From assembly GCF_009914755.1 (NCBI RefSeq), contig NC_060929.1: a stretch of DNA of 64,000 bases; one strand, written 5' to 3'. A program made the translations under genes and the position numbers. This stretch comes from the human T2T-CHM13v2.0 reference genome, Homo sapiens. Below the pieces are notes generated by a model. The model was not told where the DNA came from. It did not search any database and worked only from the letters and a program-made list of their open reading frames with translations. Each line of letters opens with the position of its first letter. Position 1 is the stretch's first letter. Positions 47,008-61,248 of the stretch are shown in pieces.

Positions 47008-47226
47008 CAGAAGTCAGCACATTCTTTCTATGAAGAACCAGAGAGTAAATATTGTCAGCTTTGTAGGGGGCCTCTGTTGCAACTACTCATCTCTGCTGTT
47101 GTGGTACAAATGCATACATAGACAAACCATCCACAAATACACAGAGATCTGTTTCAATAAAACTTTATTCACAAAAACAGGTGGCAGGGTAGATTTGGTC
47201 TCTGTACTGTAGTTCACTGACCCCTG
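47008..47226 (+). mobile_element. MER58A (hAT-Charlie) relic
   Basis: agtaaatatt, gcaactactca, caataaaactttatt-acaaaaacagg and gacccctg motifs. Confidence 0.85.
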
Positions 47227-47557
47227 ATCTAAAAGATTACATACTTTGAAAACAGCAATGCCAAACCTTGAATCCAGGTCCGATATTTTCCAGCAATCGT
47301 GATGCTTCTCTGATCAACTGAATGAAACAGTTATAAATGTACTGGCTAAATTTAGCTTTATGCACTTGTTTTGTCCCCTATTACAGTATAAACTTTTGGT
47401 GAATAGGGATTTTCAAATTAATTAAAGCACTTATTTTTATACCCAATACACACAAATACAGAACTTTACTATAGCAGATTTTTGACCCCAATTTAGTGTG
47501 CTATCTGAATAAAAGGCTTAGTAACTAAAAAAAGTGCTGTCTTAGATTTCTGAACTA

Positions 47558-47855
47558 TTTTTTTTTTTTTTTTTTGGAGACAGAGTCTTGCTCTGTCACC
47601 CACACCAGAATGCAGTGGCACCATCATGGCTCCCTGCAGCTTTGACCTCCTGGGTTCAAACGATTTTCTCATCTCAGCCTCCCCAGTAGCTGGGACTACA
47701 GATGCGCACCACCACACCTGGCTAATGTTAATTTTCTGTGGAGACAGGGTCTTGTCATGTTGCCCAGACTGGTCTTGAACTCCGGAGCTCAAGCGATCCT
47801 CTTGCCTCGGCCTTCCAACATGCTGGGATTACAGGCGTGAGCCAGCATGCCTGGC
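47558..47855 (-). mobile_element. AluJ
   Basis: Poly(T) plus antisense Alu. Confidence 0.92.
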
Positions 47856-47885
47856 TGAAACTATTTTTACAGAGAACTTAGGTGG

Positions 47886-48247
47886 TGATATGGTTTGGCT
47901 CTGTCCCCACCCAAATCTCATCTTGAATTATAGCTCCCATAATCCCCACCTGTCATGGGAGGGACCTGATGGGAGGTAATTGAATAATGGGGGTGGGTTT
48001 TCCCATGCTGTTCTTGTCCATAGTGAGTATGTCTCAGAAGAGCTAATGGTTTTATAAAAGGGAGTTCCCCTGTGCAAGCTCTCTTGCCTGCTGCCATATA
48101 AGATGTGCCTTTTCTCCTCCTTTGCTGTCCACCATGATTGTGAGGCCTCCCCAGGCATGTGAGACTGAGTCCATTCAACTTCTTTTTCTTTATAAATTAC
48201 CCAGTCTCAGGCATGTCCTTCTAGCAGTGTGAGAATGGACTAATACA
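47886..48247 (+). mobile_element. THE1B/C-like solo LTR
   Basis: tgatatggtttggct...ggactaataca; TSD ggtgg/gatgg. Confidence 0.9.
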
Positions 48248-48563
48248 GATGGCCTTATCCTGTTTTTCCACAGAGCTATCTGAGGTACTATATAATCATC
48301 AAAAAGAATAAGGCAATTCTATAGGTATTAATGTAGGATTAGAGCTAAAATACTATGCTGAGAAAAAAGTAAGCTACAACAGTTTGTTTCCATCTATTAA
48401 AAATGAGGATGGGGATATATATGTATGTATGAGTAAATGATTGGACAGCTTAAATTATTTTTGAGAGAATATTCAATAAAACAGTAAAAATAGCTGTTTC
48501 TGGGAAAGGAAAATGGGTAATTAGGGCTACAGCTGGAAAAAAGTAACATTTTACTTCTAGTTG

Positions 48564-48595
<32 letters not shown>

Positions 48596-48709
48596 CACCT
48601 ATATGTATTAGCTTTCAAAAGATTTAAAAATTAAAAATACTAGATTGTCAGCGTCTGAAGTGATAAAATACTTTATGCTGGTGCCTCCTCAGTAACAGAC
48701 ATTCAAAAC

Positions 48710-49171
48710 TACAGTCAGCCCTCAGTGTTCATGTGGTCTGAATCCAACCACAGATAGAAAATATTTGAAAAAACATTTTTTTTGGTGGGGCACAGTGGCT
48801 CACACCTGTCATCCTAGCACTTTGGGAGGCTGAGGTGGAGGACTGCTTGAGCCCAGGAGGTTGAGGCTGCAATGAGCTGTGACTGTGCCTCTGCACTGTA
48901 GCCTGGTGACAGAGTGAGACCCTGTCTCAAATAAACAATGTTTAAAACACAGACACACACGGTATAACAGCTATTTATGCAGCATTTATGTTGTGCTAGG
49001 TATCTGTAACCTGGAGATGATTTAAAGGGTAAGGAAAGATGTGTGCAGGTTCTATGCAAATATTATACCACTGTATAGCAGGGACTTGAGCATCTGTGAA
49101 TTTTGTATCCTCAGGGGTGGGGGGAGGGGGTCCTGGAACCAATCTCCCTTGGATACCAAGGGACGACTGCA
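48710..49171. mobile_element. MER2 relic interrupted by an Alu monomer-sized element (48784-48930)
   Basis: cagtcagccctcagtg / ggataccaagggacgactg termini; same internal motifs as 29152-29459. Confidence 0.75.
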
Positions 49172-50149
49172 CTTCACTGACCTTGTTGAAAGCAACTGAC
49201 ATCACACACACCAATGAGTGCATGTAAAAGCAGTAAAATTGGAATAGGTTCTGTGGCTAGGGGAAGCTCAACGGTACTTTGTCAGCTGTGATGCTGCTCT
49301 ACAGTGATGGGGGATGCTACCACTGGGGAAACTGAAGGGCACGCAGGCCTCCCTGTACGTTCTGTTGCAACTTTCTCTGAGTCTGTAATTATTTCTAAAT
49401 AAAAGGCTAAAACAAAACCACAACTATGCCATGTAAAGGCTCACATGTAAATCTATGTTCTAACTATGGTGCTGCTCTAACCCCCCCAATCTGAGTCATG
49501 CCTTTCCTTGCCTATTTCCCCATCTATAATTGAGGGCGGGCGACAGCCTTCCAGAGTAAATTAAGTCACAGAGGGAATCCTGAGAGGTGAGCAGTAGAAA
49601 GAAGACTTCTGTCAAATTCTTTCTGAGCCTAAAATAAAAACAAAGACAACACACATCCAAGTCTTTGCCGGCTTTCCTTGGGTGCCTGGCGGGGCCACAG
49701 GCTTCAGGCAGCACCTGGCTTCAGGTTCCATCCCAATCCCTGCAGAATGGGAAGAAGCCATCCGTGAGCATGAGCAGAGGGTGGGAGTCAGTGGTCTGCA
49801 AGAGAAGTGGCGCTTGCTCATGCTAGACGCCTGGCCTGGTGGTTTGGGTACATTGGCAACCAAACTGCCTACCTGTGTGTTCTAGTCCACAGGGAGGTGC
49901 AGGCAGGTTCTAGGATCCAGGGTTGCAAGATCAGGCACACTTTGGGGCTGACATAGGGGACTGTCTGACATAAACACATTTCAAGTCCTCAGCTGTGTGT
50001 GACTTCATTTACCAGTCCCTTCTTTTGCTTTCTTGAAGTCACACTCAGTGTCTACAAGAGCAGTGGAGACAGCTGCAGATCTGTGTTTAGACCTGATGAG
50101 CAAGTCCATGAAACAAACACAAAGCCCAGACACTGAAACCATAGCATTA

Positions 50150-50446
<297 letters not shown>

Positions 50447-50504
50447 CCACCAAAAAGCCAAAACAAAAATAAGCCTCCCCTCCATGGTTTTTAGAGCCTC
50501 CTCT

Positions 50505-50545
50505 GATAAAGGAAACACACAGCGTGTTAGCTAGTATCTTTTATT
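50505..50545 (-). terminator. MYO10 polyadenylation signal AATAAA with GU-rich downstream element
   Basis: tttatt at 50540-50545 on +; minus strand continues ...cgctgtgtgtttccttt; TGTA upstream at ~50586; marks the edge of the repeat-free UTR. Confidence 0.8.
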
Positions 50546-51916
50546 GTCAGAACTTCTGTGAGCCAACAAACAGTTTTGCATGGTTGTACACAAAGGGACA
50601 AGGCAAATTTCTTTTTTCGTGTGGGTAGACTTAGTTGGCCCAAGTCCTTAAAACTTTTCCATATAAAAATAAAAAGTCCAAGACCAGATTATTTTTCTTC
50701 TGGTCATAAATGCTGATTTATTTACAGGTGCCTTGTTCAGACCACCATTATAAACTTGGGATAAAATATGTGTGTATTAAAGCCTCAGCATTTAATGTCA
50801 GGGTCCTTTGAAGATTCACTCAAGTGTTAAGACGTTTCTGGAATGCAGCGTCTCTCCCCCATAGTCAACATGGTTATTATATCTGTAATCTATCCAGAAT
50901 GATAGAAGCTAACCTTCCAAGTAACACTTTGTTTTTAACTTAAATCTTTTAGACATGAAAGACTCCAAAATGACTTCATTCTTGTTCTAAAACCAGCACT
51001 GGAGCCAGCTGTTGAAGAGTGGTTTATAAATACAGTTATCTTGTAGGCTGCTTATCTGTTTATAATACAGCAGACACAGATGGCAGACTTTGCTACATGT
51101 AAAACAATGGAGTCAACACGTGTTTTTCAAAATACAGCAAAGACAGGAAAATCCAGGATTTGGGTTTGTTAATAAAACCACCTTATAAAGTAACAATTGA
51201 GACTATAGCTCTGCATTATTAAAATATACAGACTGTGTACACCATTACACATCCTTTTTCCCTTTGCTTTTTAATGCTCATGAAACCATGATTAAGGTGT
51301 TGAGTTTATGAACACATGCACGAACAGGCAAGCACGTACACTTAAAAGATGAAACAAAGAAAAAAGTTGATTCATGTCATTCCATGAGAAAGGCTGCCCG
51401 CAGCACTCCAGCTCAAACACACTGTCCCCTCGAGCTCTCCATCCCCCTTCCCACTCCCTCACCTTCCCTCAGATTCGGGGAAATCAGGTTGGGAGGTTAG
51501 TGCATCATTGACAGAGAATGCCCCCCTTCCACGCTCTGTTAAGTCTCCCCCAGAAGGGGGAAAGGCAGTTCCCTTCAGTAGCACAGTTACGGTCGATTAG
51601 TGTTGGTTCCACAAGTTAAGGCACTTCCGGCTGCTTTGGTGGCAGCGTGGTTCCTCCCCTCCTTTTTTAAGGCATGTGTCCTCTAAGAGTAGTAAAGCTT
51701 TGGAAACTGTGCAGACTGTTAAAGTTGACAGCTTAATACAGGATCAATGAAGGCGGCAGGCAAAAGGATCCTCGGAGACACCTCCCTCAGACCAGAAGCT
51801 TCCAGAAAGCCTGGGCAGCTCTGTGTTTGTTTTGGCTGGGCATGGCACACTGGAGCCAGCCTAGGCCAGAGGGTGGTGCGTTCAGGTAGCAAAGACAGGT
51901 GGGCTCTGTCCCGCCT
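50520..51916 (-). other. MYO10: MYO10 3' UTR (proximal, ~1.4 kb)
   Basis: Repeat-free, AU-rich sequence between the stop codon and the AATAAA. Confidence 0.8.
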
Positions 51917-52018
51917 TCACCTGGAGCTGCCCTGGCTGCTGGCGGAGCGTGTCGTGCTGTAGCGCTTCTTCACGATCATGCTGATGTAGGCTTTCATGAG
52001 CTTGGCCACATCCACCAC
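51917..52018 (-). CDS. MYO10: Myosin-X terminal coding exon
   Basis: cag acceptor; VVDVAKLMKAYISMIVKKRYSTTRSASSQGSSR* ; TGA at 51917-51919. Confidence 0.96.
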   Translation of the reverse strand: MVDVAKLMKAYISMIVKKRYSTTRSASSQGSSR

Positions 52019-52223
52019 CTGCCCAGGGGGAAGCAGAACCGACACAGCGTCACAAGTCTCCCCCAGGCAAAGGGCCCTGCCTAATAATCCAGACATTCCC
52101 TGGGCACCCTCCCGTAGCTTTCCATGCTAATCGACGGATCCCATTTTGCAGGAAGCCAGAAGTTTAACCACTTTCACCTTCCTCATCAGGGAAAGGTGGA
52201 ATCTCAGCTTTTCCAAATACAAT

Positions 52224-52243
52224 GTGCACCACCTGGTGGCACA
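52224..52243 (-). promoter_or_regulatory. Candidate CTCF site
   Basis: Minus strand TGTGCCACCAGGTGGTGCAC resembles the CTCF core CCACCAGGTGGCGC. Confidence 0.6.
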
Positions 52244-53498
52244 AACGTGCCAACTTGGCTTGATGGAAACTGTCAGACTTTGCACATTAAAATCCAGAAC
52301 TAACCGAGGACGCTGAAGTTACTCGGTGTCAACAGTGCTGGGATTACTATCCCCGCTTAAAATAAATGTGAAATGACAGAGTCCACAATTACAGCCTTTA
52401 AAGACTGGATCATCTAATTCTAGTCAACTCCTTAGGAAGCAGCTGAAGAAACAAGATAACTGAGGCCCCAGGGGCTGGGAGAGCGGCCAGCTCCCCAGAC
52501 GCCAGGCCAGCTTCTGCTCCACACCAGCCACCTCCTCCAGCTGGGATCTCCATTAGCTCCCTCCCATGATGTCCCCGTCATTGCCACCCCTTCTCACAGC
52601 TGGCCTGGATCCCTGTGCAGGCATCATAACCGGCTTCCATATCCCTGTTTGCTCTCTTCCCTTCCAGTCCCACCCCAGAGATCACTGTCTGTAAATTCAC
52701 TGTTATGCCATGCACAATCAAAGATCCCACAGTGGTTCCTTGTTGTCTACTGGATCTCACCAAATCCTGCAGCCTGGCACCTGGGACCCTTGAGTCAAGG
52801 GCTCTCCACCCTCTTCCCTCTCACTGCACGACTCCCCATCAGCCTAGGGAACCTACAATGCCACATCCTCCAAGCAGCTGGAACGCCCTCAATGCCTCTC
52901 CATTCCAAACCAGGCAGCAGGTGATTCCTCTCCACTCACCACGTTGACTTGCTAGCTGTTCCCTTTGTGGAAGCCTCAATAAGCTTCTTGTATTATATTT
53001 TTTAAACTTGGAGGCTGGTAGCACATATATTTAGAGGCCTTTTAGTGTGTGTGGTTTCACAATCCAGAATGAGCTGCACCCAGGATGGTCATGCTCCCGG
53101 CTCCCTCCTGGTCTCAAGAGGCCACCAGAGCCGAGTCTCACAGCTGTGACACCGCTATAATTGCTAACTAATTTTCATAAGGTTTTGTTGCAAATAATAT
53201 ACTTTTTCAGGGACATCTATGTCACTTCCCTTTCTCTGCCTTTCCTCCAAGGGTAAGACTCCTTGGCAAAATGGAACCAAATTCCTCTGTTGCAAAAGTA
53301 TACAAAAAAAATATGGTGATCTCAGATTTTGGCCTGCAGGGAACCGGCAGCTGGAAAGGGACCACCACGCTGTATTTTCGTGTTTTGAAGAAAAATATTC
53401 AAAGAAAATGACCTGGTCAAAGGCATGAGGAAATGGGGTCCTGTTTTTCTGTTTTGTCAAGACCATGAATAAAAAGATGAACTTGCTTTGCCTCTTAC

Positions 53499-53690
53499 CT
53501 CACTGGTTTCAAAGAGCAGCTCCCTCTCATCGACCACGATCTTATACGTATTCGCCAGGGGTGCCCCAAAAGAGAGGATGTGTTCATACTGGAAGACTTC
53601 CAGTGGTCTTCCCTCTCCACGCTTGTAGACGGAGACGGCGTCCGCGCTGACACCCAACCAGAGTTCCTGAGGGAAGCCACCTTCCTTGCA
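53499..53690 (-). CDS. MYO10: Myosin-X exon (FERM F3), 192 nt
   Basis: AG/GT flanks; CKEGGFPQELWLGVSADAVSVYKRG...LLFETSE; phase 0/0. Confidence 0.96.
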
Positions 53691-54365
53691 CTGGTGGGCA
53701 AGAGTCAACAGAAGAGTTAAGTCATGAAGTGGTTGGCAACAGAAAGCATCTAAACCATAAGACAGGCTTTGAGTGAAGTCCTCTGTGCAGAAGATTAAAT
53801 ATATTCGATGTGCATGCATGCATGGAGGGGCCTGAAATATGAAAAATGGCACCTCTCTGGCTATCTTGATTTCTAACTAGTTAATCTCACGCTTTTGGGA
53901 AAACCTCACTAACTGGCAGAGTCTAACATCTTGCTTTGACTCTCCACTTCTCAGCATTATTCTACTAGCTGTTTGGATTAGCTACGTGGAAGTGGCCTGG
54001 AAACGTACATGCTTGGCCGGGGGACTTAAGGAAGCTTCCCTGCAACCCAAGCCAAGTCTACTCTTGTATTAATATCTCCAGTTCTGCCTCCAATCCTCTT
54101 TGCGGATGGTTAGTCTTCAAATACAAAATCTAGGATCACAGAGGAAAATTCTCCAAATCACGCATGCTGAGCAGTTCTGGCTCCTCTTCACAAGGAGCAG
54201 CAATGGCCTTCCATATGCAGAGTGGGAACAGGGACTTTACCAGTTTAACTGTAGACTTTCCTGTACAGATTGGTGGAAGAAAATAAGACCCCATATGAAG
54301 GGGCTAACAACACAGGGCTGATCCAAACCTGGACAAGCAGGAGGGCTATAAATTGGAGACGCTGA

Positions 54366-54724
<359 letters not shown>

Positions 54725-55027
54725 AAGCCAGTAGCTTTCTATGCTAATTCACAGCTCACGTTTTGCAGGAAGCCAAGAGTTTAACTGCTATTATCTATTC
54801 CTTGTCAGGGAGAAATGGAATTATGGCTTTGTACAAAGCACCTGATTTTTTTATACTTAAAAACAGGCATAATTGAACCAACCAAACCAATCAAAAACAT
54901 CACCTAATGAAAAGCCACCCACGGATTCTAGAATTTATAATATTTAGAATTTTATACAGCCTCAATATAAAGTCATCAGATATACGCTGAATTACTGTGA
55001 TCATAAAAAATGGAAGCTAATCTAGAC

Positions 55028-55239
55028 GATGAGCTGGCACACTTATCTGTTAAGGGCTGCATAGTAAAGATTTTTAGACTTTGTGGATCACATGGTCTCT
55101 GTCACAACTACTCAACTCTGTACAAAAACAGCCAGGGAATATATCTAAAGGAATGAGCTTGGCTGTGTTCCAATAAAACTTTGTTTAGAAAAAAGGAGGC
55201 AGGCAAGATCTGACCCACAGACCAGTTTGCCAAACTCTC
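55028..55239 (+). mobile_element. MER58A (hAT-Charlie) relic
   Basis: MER58A motifs; 8-bp TSD atctagac at 55020-55027 and 55240-55247, matching the NTCTAGAN Charlie target. Confidence 0.88.
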
Positions 55240-55746
55240 ATCTAGACAATTAGTAAGATTTCTTTTCAATAAGCGGTCTACTTAAAACAAAACAAAAATC
55301 AGTACTGGGTTGATGCCAATGGCTAAATTCCATTACGAGATAGACATTCTTCCTTTCAAACAGATGGCTGTAAAGAAAAAACAAAGTAAAATGCAAGTAT
55401 ATCCAAAGTTTCTAATTTGTATATACAGCTATAACATTTTTTTAAATGTAGATTTTTATCAGTGTTTAAAAAATTAGATCTATAGCTTCCCTAAGGAAGG
55501 GTAGAAGAATAGATGACATCTTAATTTTGCATTCATTCCTAATATTACAGATGCATTTACTACACAGGAGAAGAGAAACTGTGAGGAGAAGGGAGGCGTT
55601 AATGGTACAATTTTGGGGGCTCGAAAAAAAGAGGTTGAGAGAGCAAAATGCTCCATCTTGTCTTCTCTCCACATGAACTTGGCCGTGATCCATGTTCTCA
55701 GATGCCAGCACCCAGCCCACCCCAACACATGGCAGCCAGTTCTCAC

Positions 55747-56199
55747 CTCCACATCAAACAGCGTCGAGCCATAGCCAGGCCACTCCTTGATCAAGGCCAT
55801 GTACTTGGCCATGGCCTGTTCCTGGTTCATTCCCTGAAATTTCCTCCACTTGTCAATGATACTGGCTCGAGCAGAGGAGACTTCTTCCTTAATCCACATG
55901 TCCAGCATCTGCTCCTCCTCGACCTTCTGCCGGACCACGGATCCTGTCCGGAAGCTCCGCCTCAGGGTCCCCTCTAGGAAGCTCGTCCGCCTCTTCTCCA
56001 GCCGTTCACAAGGGGTGAAGGTTTTGGTTGACTGGCTGATGCGGGCCTTGAGTCTCTGCAGGGAATAAACCTCTTCGAGAGGTGGGATGGCAGCGTGCAG
56101 AGTATAATCCCCCTGCAGATACTGGAGTCGCAGGGCAGCAAGAACCTGGAGGTTTTCTTCCGGGGCTGGATGGTGGCCATGGATAACCGCTTCGTGGGC
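55747..56199 (-). CDS. MYO10: Myosin-X exon (FERM F2), 453 nt
   Basis: AG/GT flanks; AHEAVIHGHHPAPEE...WPGYGSTLFDVE; phase 0/0. Confidence 0.97.
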
Positions 56200-56642
56200 C
56201 TGAAAGGAGACAGTCAACAGCTTTCCGGTCAACGCACTGCCATGCCATGGGATGCCCACGTCGCTTGCTCCCTCACTTCATGAGGGTTTCTCTCAAACTC
56301 ACCTTCCCTGACTGCCCTGGCTAAAACTGTACCCTCACCCCTGGCTCACTGCTTTAAATTTAATTTTCTCCCTAGCACAGATACCATCTAACACACGTCA
56401 CATATTTTATTCCTTGTGCTCTCTCTCCTGTCAACTAGAACAGTCCCTGGAACGGAGGTTCAAATAAAATGTGTAGCAGGTTTCATTCTACAAACGAATG
56501 AAAGAGCAGCTGGTCTTGTCTTTGCTGGGAAATCCACAGGTGTGCCTCATTTCTAAGTACCAGTTAACTTACAAGGCTAAGTATTAACAGGTTTCACCCT
56601 TGCTTGCCGGCAAAGAAATCTGTTTCTAACTATTCCTTTTAC

Positions 56643-56763
56643 CTGTTCAAACATAAATGCAAACTCCACACTGTCTTTTGGCACGTTGTCTGTGTCCAGG
56701 AAGCAGTAAAGTTTGAAGTAGAATTTCCATGGCAGGTCCCCAACCTCGGATGTGGCAGCCAGC
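56643..56763 (-). CDS. MYO10: Myosin-X exon (FERM F1), 121 nt
   Basis: AG/GT flanks; LAATSEVGDLPWKFYFKLYCFLDTDNVPKDSVEFAFMFEQ; phase consistent. Confidence 0.96.
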
Positions 56764-57190
56764 CTACAGAGAGGAGTCAAGAGAGGCTCAGAATATGAAC
56801 GAGAAGGGCCTTCAGTGACCCGCAGGGACCTGACTTTACATGGTGTATTCTAAGGACACAGACATTCTGTCCGGGCCCAGAAAACAGTGGATAGAGATGG
56901 GGATAGAGGAATAAACAGAGTGAAAAAACGTACTTTCATCCTGATTTTGCTTTAAGAAAACAAACAGGCAGCCCCTAGTTTAACCAGCTAACAAGTGTTT
57001 TCAGAGAGCCGCATTCGAATTAGTACCAGCTAAGCATTATGCTGAGTCCACGGGAAGAAAAGAAACAAAAGCCTGTTTCTTTATTACCTTTACCAAGCCT
57101 CAGATACATTATGATAACATTTATAAAAATTGATGTGAATACTCTTGTATGAGGGCTGTGTTTATACTAAGCAGGAATACCTTCGCGCTA

Positions 57191-57565
<375 letters not shown>

Positions 57566-57906
57566 TTAAAGAGTTTATAAGCTGGCTTCAGTCAATCAGC
57601 CCAATTTCAAAGCTAATGACAACTGGAAACCTAAAAAATCAAATACCCAGACGGGTCCAACATGGAACTGAGAAAAGGAATGGGGTAAAAAACCACTGAC
57701 AAGTTACATCACGTAAGACCGTAGCTTTATCTAGGAATCGAGAAAAATAGCGGATATGCAAAGTTAAACAGGCATCAACACAGGTAAAATAAAACTAACT
57801 CCAATACAGCGTGAAGCCACAAATGGAATGGGAAGCTCAAACCCTGAACCCTGCTCTGCAATTTCTCTTATTTGCTCTTCTGACACAGTAGGGAAAAGGA
57901 ACCTAC

Positions 57907-58043
57907 TTTTCAAACTTGGCTAAGACATCAGCTACGACGGTTCGACTTTCAATGGCTTTGTCGACGTGGCCGTTGTATTCAAACAAAGCAAACATGTTCC
58001 TGCTGTCCTCCATGGCCAGGCCTCGGATCAGCTTCTCCACCAC
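57907..58043 (-). CDS. MYO10: Myosin-X exon (FERM F1), 137 nt
   Basis: AG/GT flanks; VVEKLIRGLAMEDSRNMFALFEYNGHVDKAIESRTVVADVLAKFE(K). Confidence 0.96.
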
Positions 58044-58899
58044 CTGGAAGACACACCAGGGGGACTTCAGTTCCACAGGCTGCGGCCCCAACACGTGTTC
58101 CCAGAACGTGCCATCACCTGATCCCAGAGGGAGCTGCTGGCACAAGGGCGTCTCCAGCCTCCTAAAAATGTTACCCGTGTGGTCATCCCAGAATTTCAAA
58201 AGTACTATTTTCCCTTTGTTCTCTTGAGATTAGGTTTATCTCTTTCTTGCTGAAAATAACTCAGGGTATTTTGCCCATCGGTAGAGGCAGATGCTGGGCT
58301 GATTTCTTGCAAACCTATATTAACAGGAAAAGCGGGTGAAAAGCTTCAGTCCTGTCTTTTGGCTGATAAATTTATGAACTCCAAGGAACAACAGAGACTC
58401 CAGATGACGTTTTTTTTTTTTCCATAAGAAGCCTTGGGGGGTGGGGGTCGGGGTGGTGGTTATTGGATTACCACCCTTTTGGCCAACTGGTTTTATAATA
58501 GTAAGTTCAAATTTTAAAAAGAAAATGTGTTCATCTGATATTCATCTAGCTAGTCACGTGCAAACAAACACTTTGTTGCAGAAGCACTGCAATAAACCCT
58601 CATCAAAGTGGCTGGACCTGAGCCAGGTCTGCAGCTCTGCTAGACACTCAGCTGCTTCTCAGATTAGCAAGATTATGTCTCAGGTACTTTATCTCTGTGT
58701 TTCCACTCAATATATATATTTTTATCTCTATATTCGTGTGGTTGCTTCTGGGTTACATGCATTTCCTTAGTACTGAGAGCTGTACTAAGCAAATTGCAAC
58801 TGTGCAGGACAGCCACTCTAATGCTGCACAATGTTCCTGACGCAGGTGTATCTGCAGCAAAGGCATCTAACAGAACAAGCAGCAGCTGCCTCTCCTCAC

Positions 58900-59107
58900 C
58901 TCCCCAGCGGTGGTGTGGGAGTTGATGGTGATCTTGCAGGAGCCGCCGCCATGGCAATAGACCGTGGATGTCATTTCCTGCCTGTGGATCAGAGCTTCTA
59001 TTTCATCTCGGGAAGGCACAAACTCTCGGCATTTGGTTTTCTTAAGAGATTCGTAAGTGAAGAGAGCGTATTTTTCCATCTCGGTTCCTGGAAACTGTTC
59101 CCGTATC
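58900..59107 (-). CDS. MYO10: Myosin-X exon (MyTH4/FERM junction), 208 nt
   Basis: AG/GT flanks; IREQFPGTEMEKYALF...REFVPSRDEIEAL...TINSHTTAGE. Confidence 0.96.
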
Positions 59108-59403
59108 CTAGGAGGCAAACACTAACTGTTAATTTTTAGACTGATGGGGGCTGGCTGCTGGGAGGAACTAGGCTGTGCCAAGGTTCTGTAGACCAAAGCA
59201 GTGAATGGTCCCCCACTGGTGAATGGAGCAAGCACCAGTGACTTCTTGGCAAGGGCCCGCTTCATTTTGTGCAGTTCAATTTAAATACAAAAAACCCCTA
59301 AAGAGCCAATGTCTCACTGGGAGCAACTGTGCTGCCAACTCACCTCTGCAGCGTTGTTAATACTTGAAAGAGTCATGCCTCATCCTATCATATGAAAATT
59401 CTT

Positions 59404-59705
<302 letters not shown>

Positions 59706-60070
59706 ACACTTCTTTTTCTATAGCTAATCAAAATCTCAATCAGATTGTTTCTATCTCTTTGATCTGGAACAAATATCCAAGTTTTTTTTTTTTTTTTTAA
59801 ATATAGAGCAGTGGTAATTAATTGATCCAATGTCCTATACATTAGGACATTACACCAACGGTGACTTGGTCCCTGAAATAACCTTGTGTGACTTAAAAAG
59901 GATGGCAGCATTCTCTAAGCTTGCTCAGGCAACCCACAAGTCTGACCCAGAGGTCCCTGTCCTACTAGAGGTGTCTTCTGTTCAAAAGCCTCTTTATCTG
60001 AACGAGGACCCAGTGCCCCACCTGTGTAAGCAGCTCTGCCCAGCTCATCTCCCGTGCCCCCATGCTTTAC

Positions 60071-60368
60071 CTTTTCAGATGGAACTTGAGATACTTGAGA
60101 ATCCCTCGACTCGGCAGGAAGGTGCAGCTCAGGCATGTCAGGATCTGCCAGCTGTACAGGTTGCCCACACTGCCGGGGTGGGGCACTTTGTTGGTCTGTT
60201 TGATAAGCTGGCAGTACAGCTCGTCCCGCAGAGGTCGCAGGTCATGCCCTGTCTGTAGGATGCCCTGGATTATTGGAATTGGGTCAGACATGGACTCCAG
60301 TTGCTGCAGGGAATTGAATATCTTGATGGCCTCATCCTGAAGGGTGGTATAGCCTTTGTCTTTGAGCA
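60071..60368 (-). CDS. MYO10: Myosin-X exon (MyTH4), 298 nt
   Basis: AG/GT flanks; contains the MyTH4 signature LRDELYCQLIKQT. Confidence 0.97.
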
Positions 60369-60673
60369 CTAGGACAAGCAAAACAAACACGGAACTCATC
60401 TGAGGGGTTCAGAATAGGGCATGAGCATAATCGGAGCAGTAGTCAAGACAAAGGAATAAATGAGGAGGACGGATGCAATGCCCACCACACTCCCTATACA
60501 TCTCAATCAGTTGAACACAGATCTAAAAGCACAGAGGTGGGTAAGTTGACACTGTTTTGTTATCTAATTGAACTTCTTACCACATAAAATGCTTACTTAA
60601 AAGGTAATCTGTTGCTGAACAAAATCCTTTTTTGGAATGCAAAATTACTTAGGATCTGGTTGTCTGGCTACTC

Positions 60674-60977
60674 GGCCAGGTGCAATGGCTCACACCTGTA
60701 ATCTCAGCACTTTGGGAGGCCGAGGCAGGTGGGTCACTTCAGGCCAGGAGTTCAAGACCAGCCTGGGCAATATGGCGAAACCCTGTCTCTATTAAAAATT
60801 CAAAAATTAGCTGGATGTGGTGGCGGGTGCTTGTAATCCCGGCTACTTAGGAGGCTGAGGCATGAGAACGACCTTAACCTGGGAGGCAGATGTTGCAGTG
60901 AACCAAGATTGCACCACTGCACCCCAGCCTGGGTGACAGAGTAAGACTCTGTCTCAAAAAACAAAAACAAAACAAAA
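60674..60977 (+). mobile_element. AluS
   Basis: Full dimer, (CAAAA)n tail, TSD ggctactc. Confidence 0.92.
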
Positions 60978-61248
60978 GGCTACTCTCAGTTCATGGGGAG
61001 AGCTGGCATTTTCTGACTCCTTTAAATCTCTTCTTTTACTACAGCAATCAATCTTAGCATTACTACAACCACACTCTAGAAGTCTTGCTTTAATAATGAA
61101 TCTAAGTATATTTCATCTTTTCCTTCCAATTCACGACGAATAAGAGAGTCTTTGAGATAAAAACAAATGCTTCTGTGTTAAGCTAAAGAGTTAGCAGGGC
61201 AAGTGGAATCACGGTCTCTGAGGAGTCGGGGTGGAGCTCTGGACTTAC

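Noticed and set aside
58550-58565. gtcacgtg CLEAR/E-box-like motif in a MYO10 intron
   Set aside because: A single 8-mer with no supporting context; expected by chance in 64 kb
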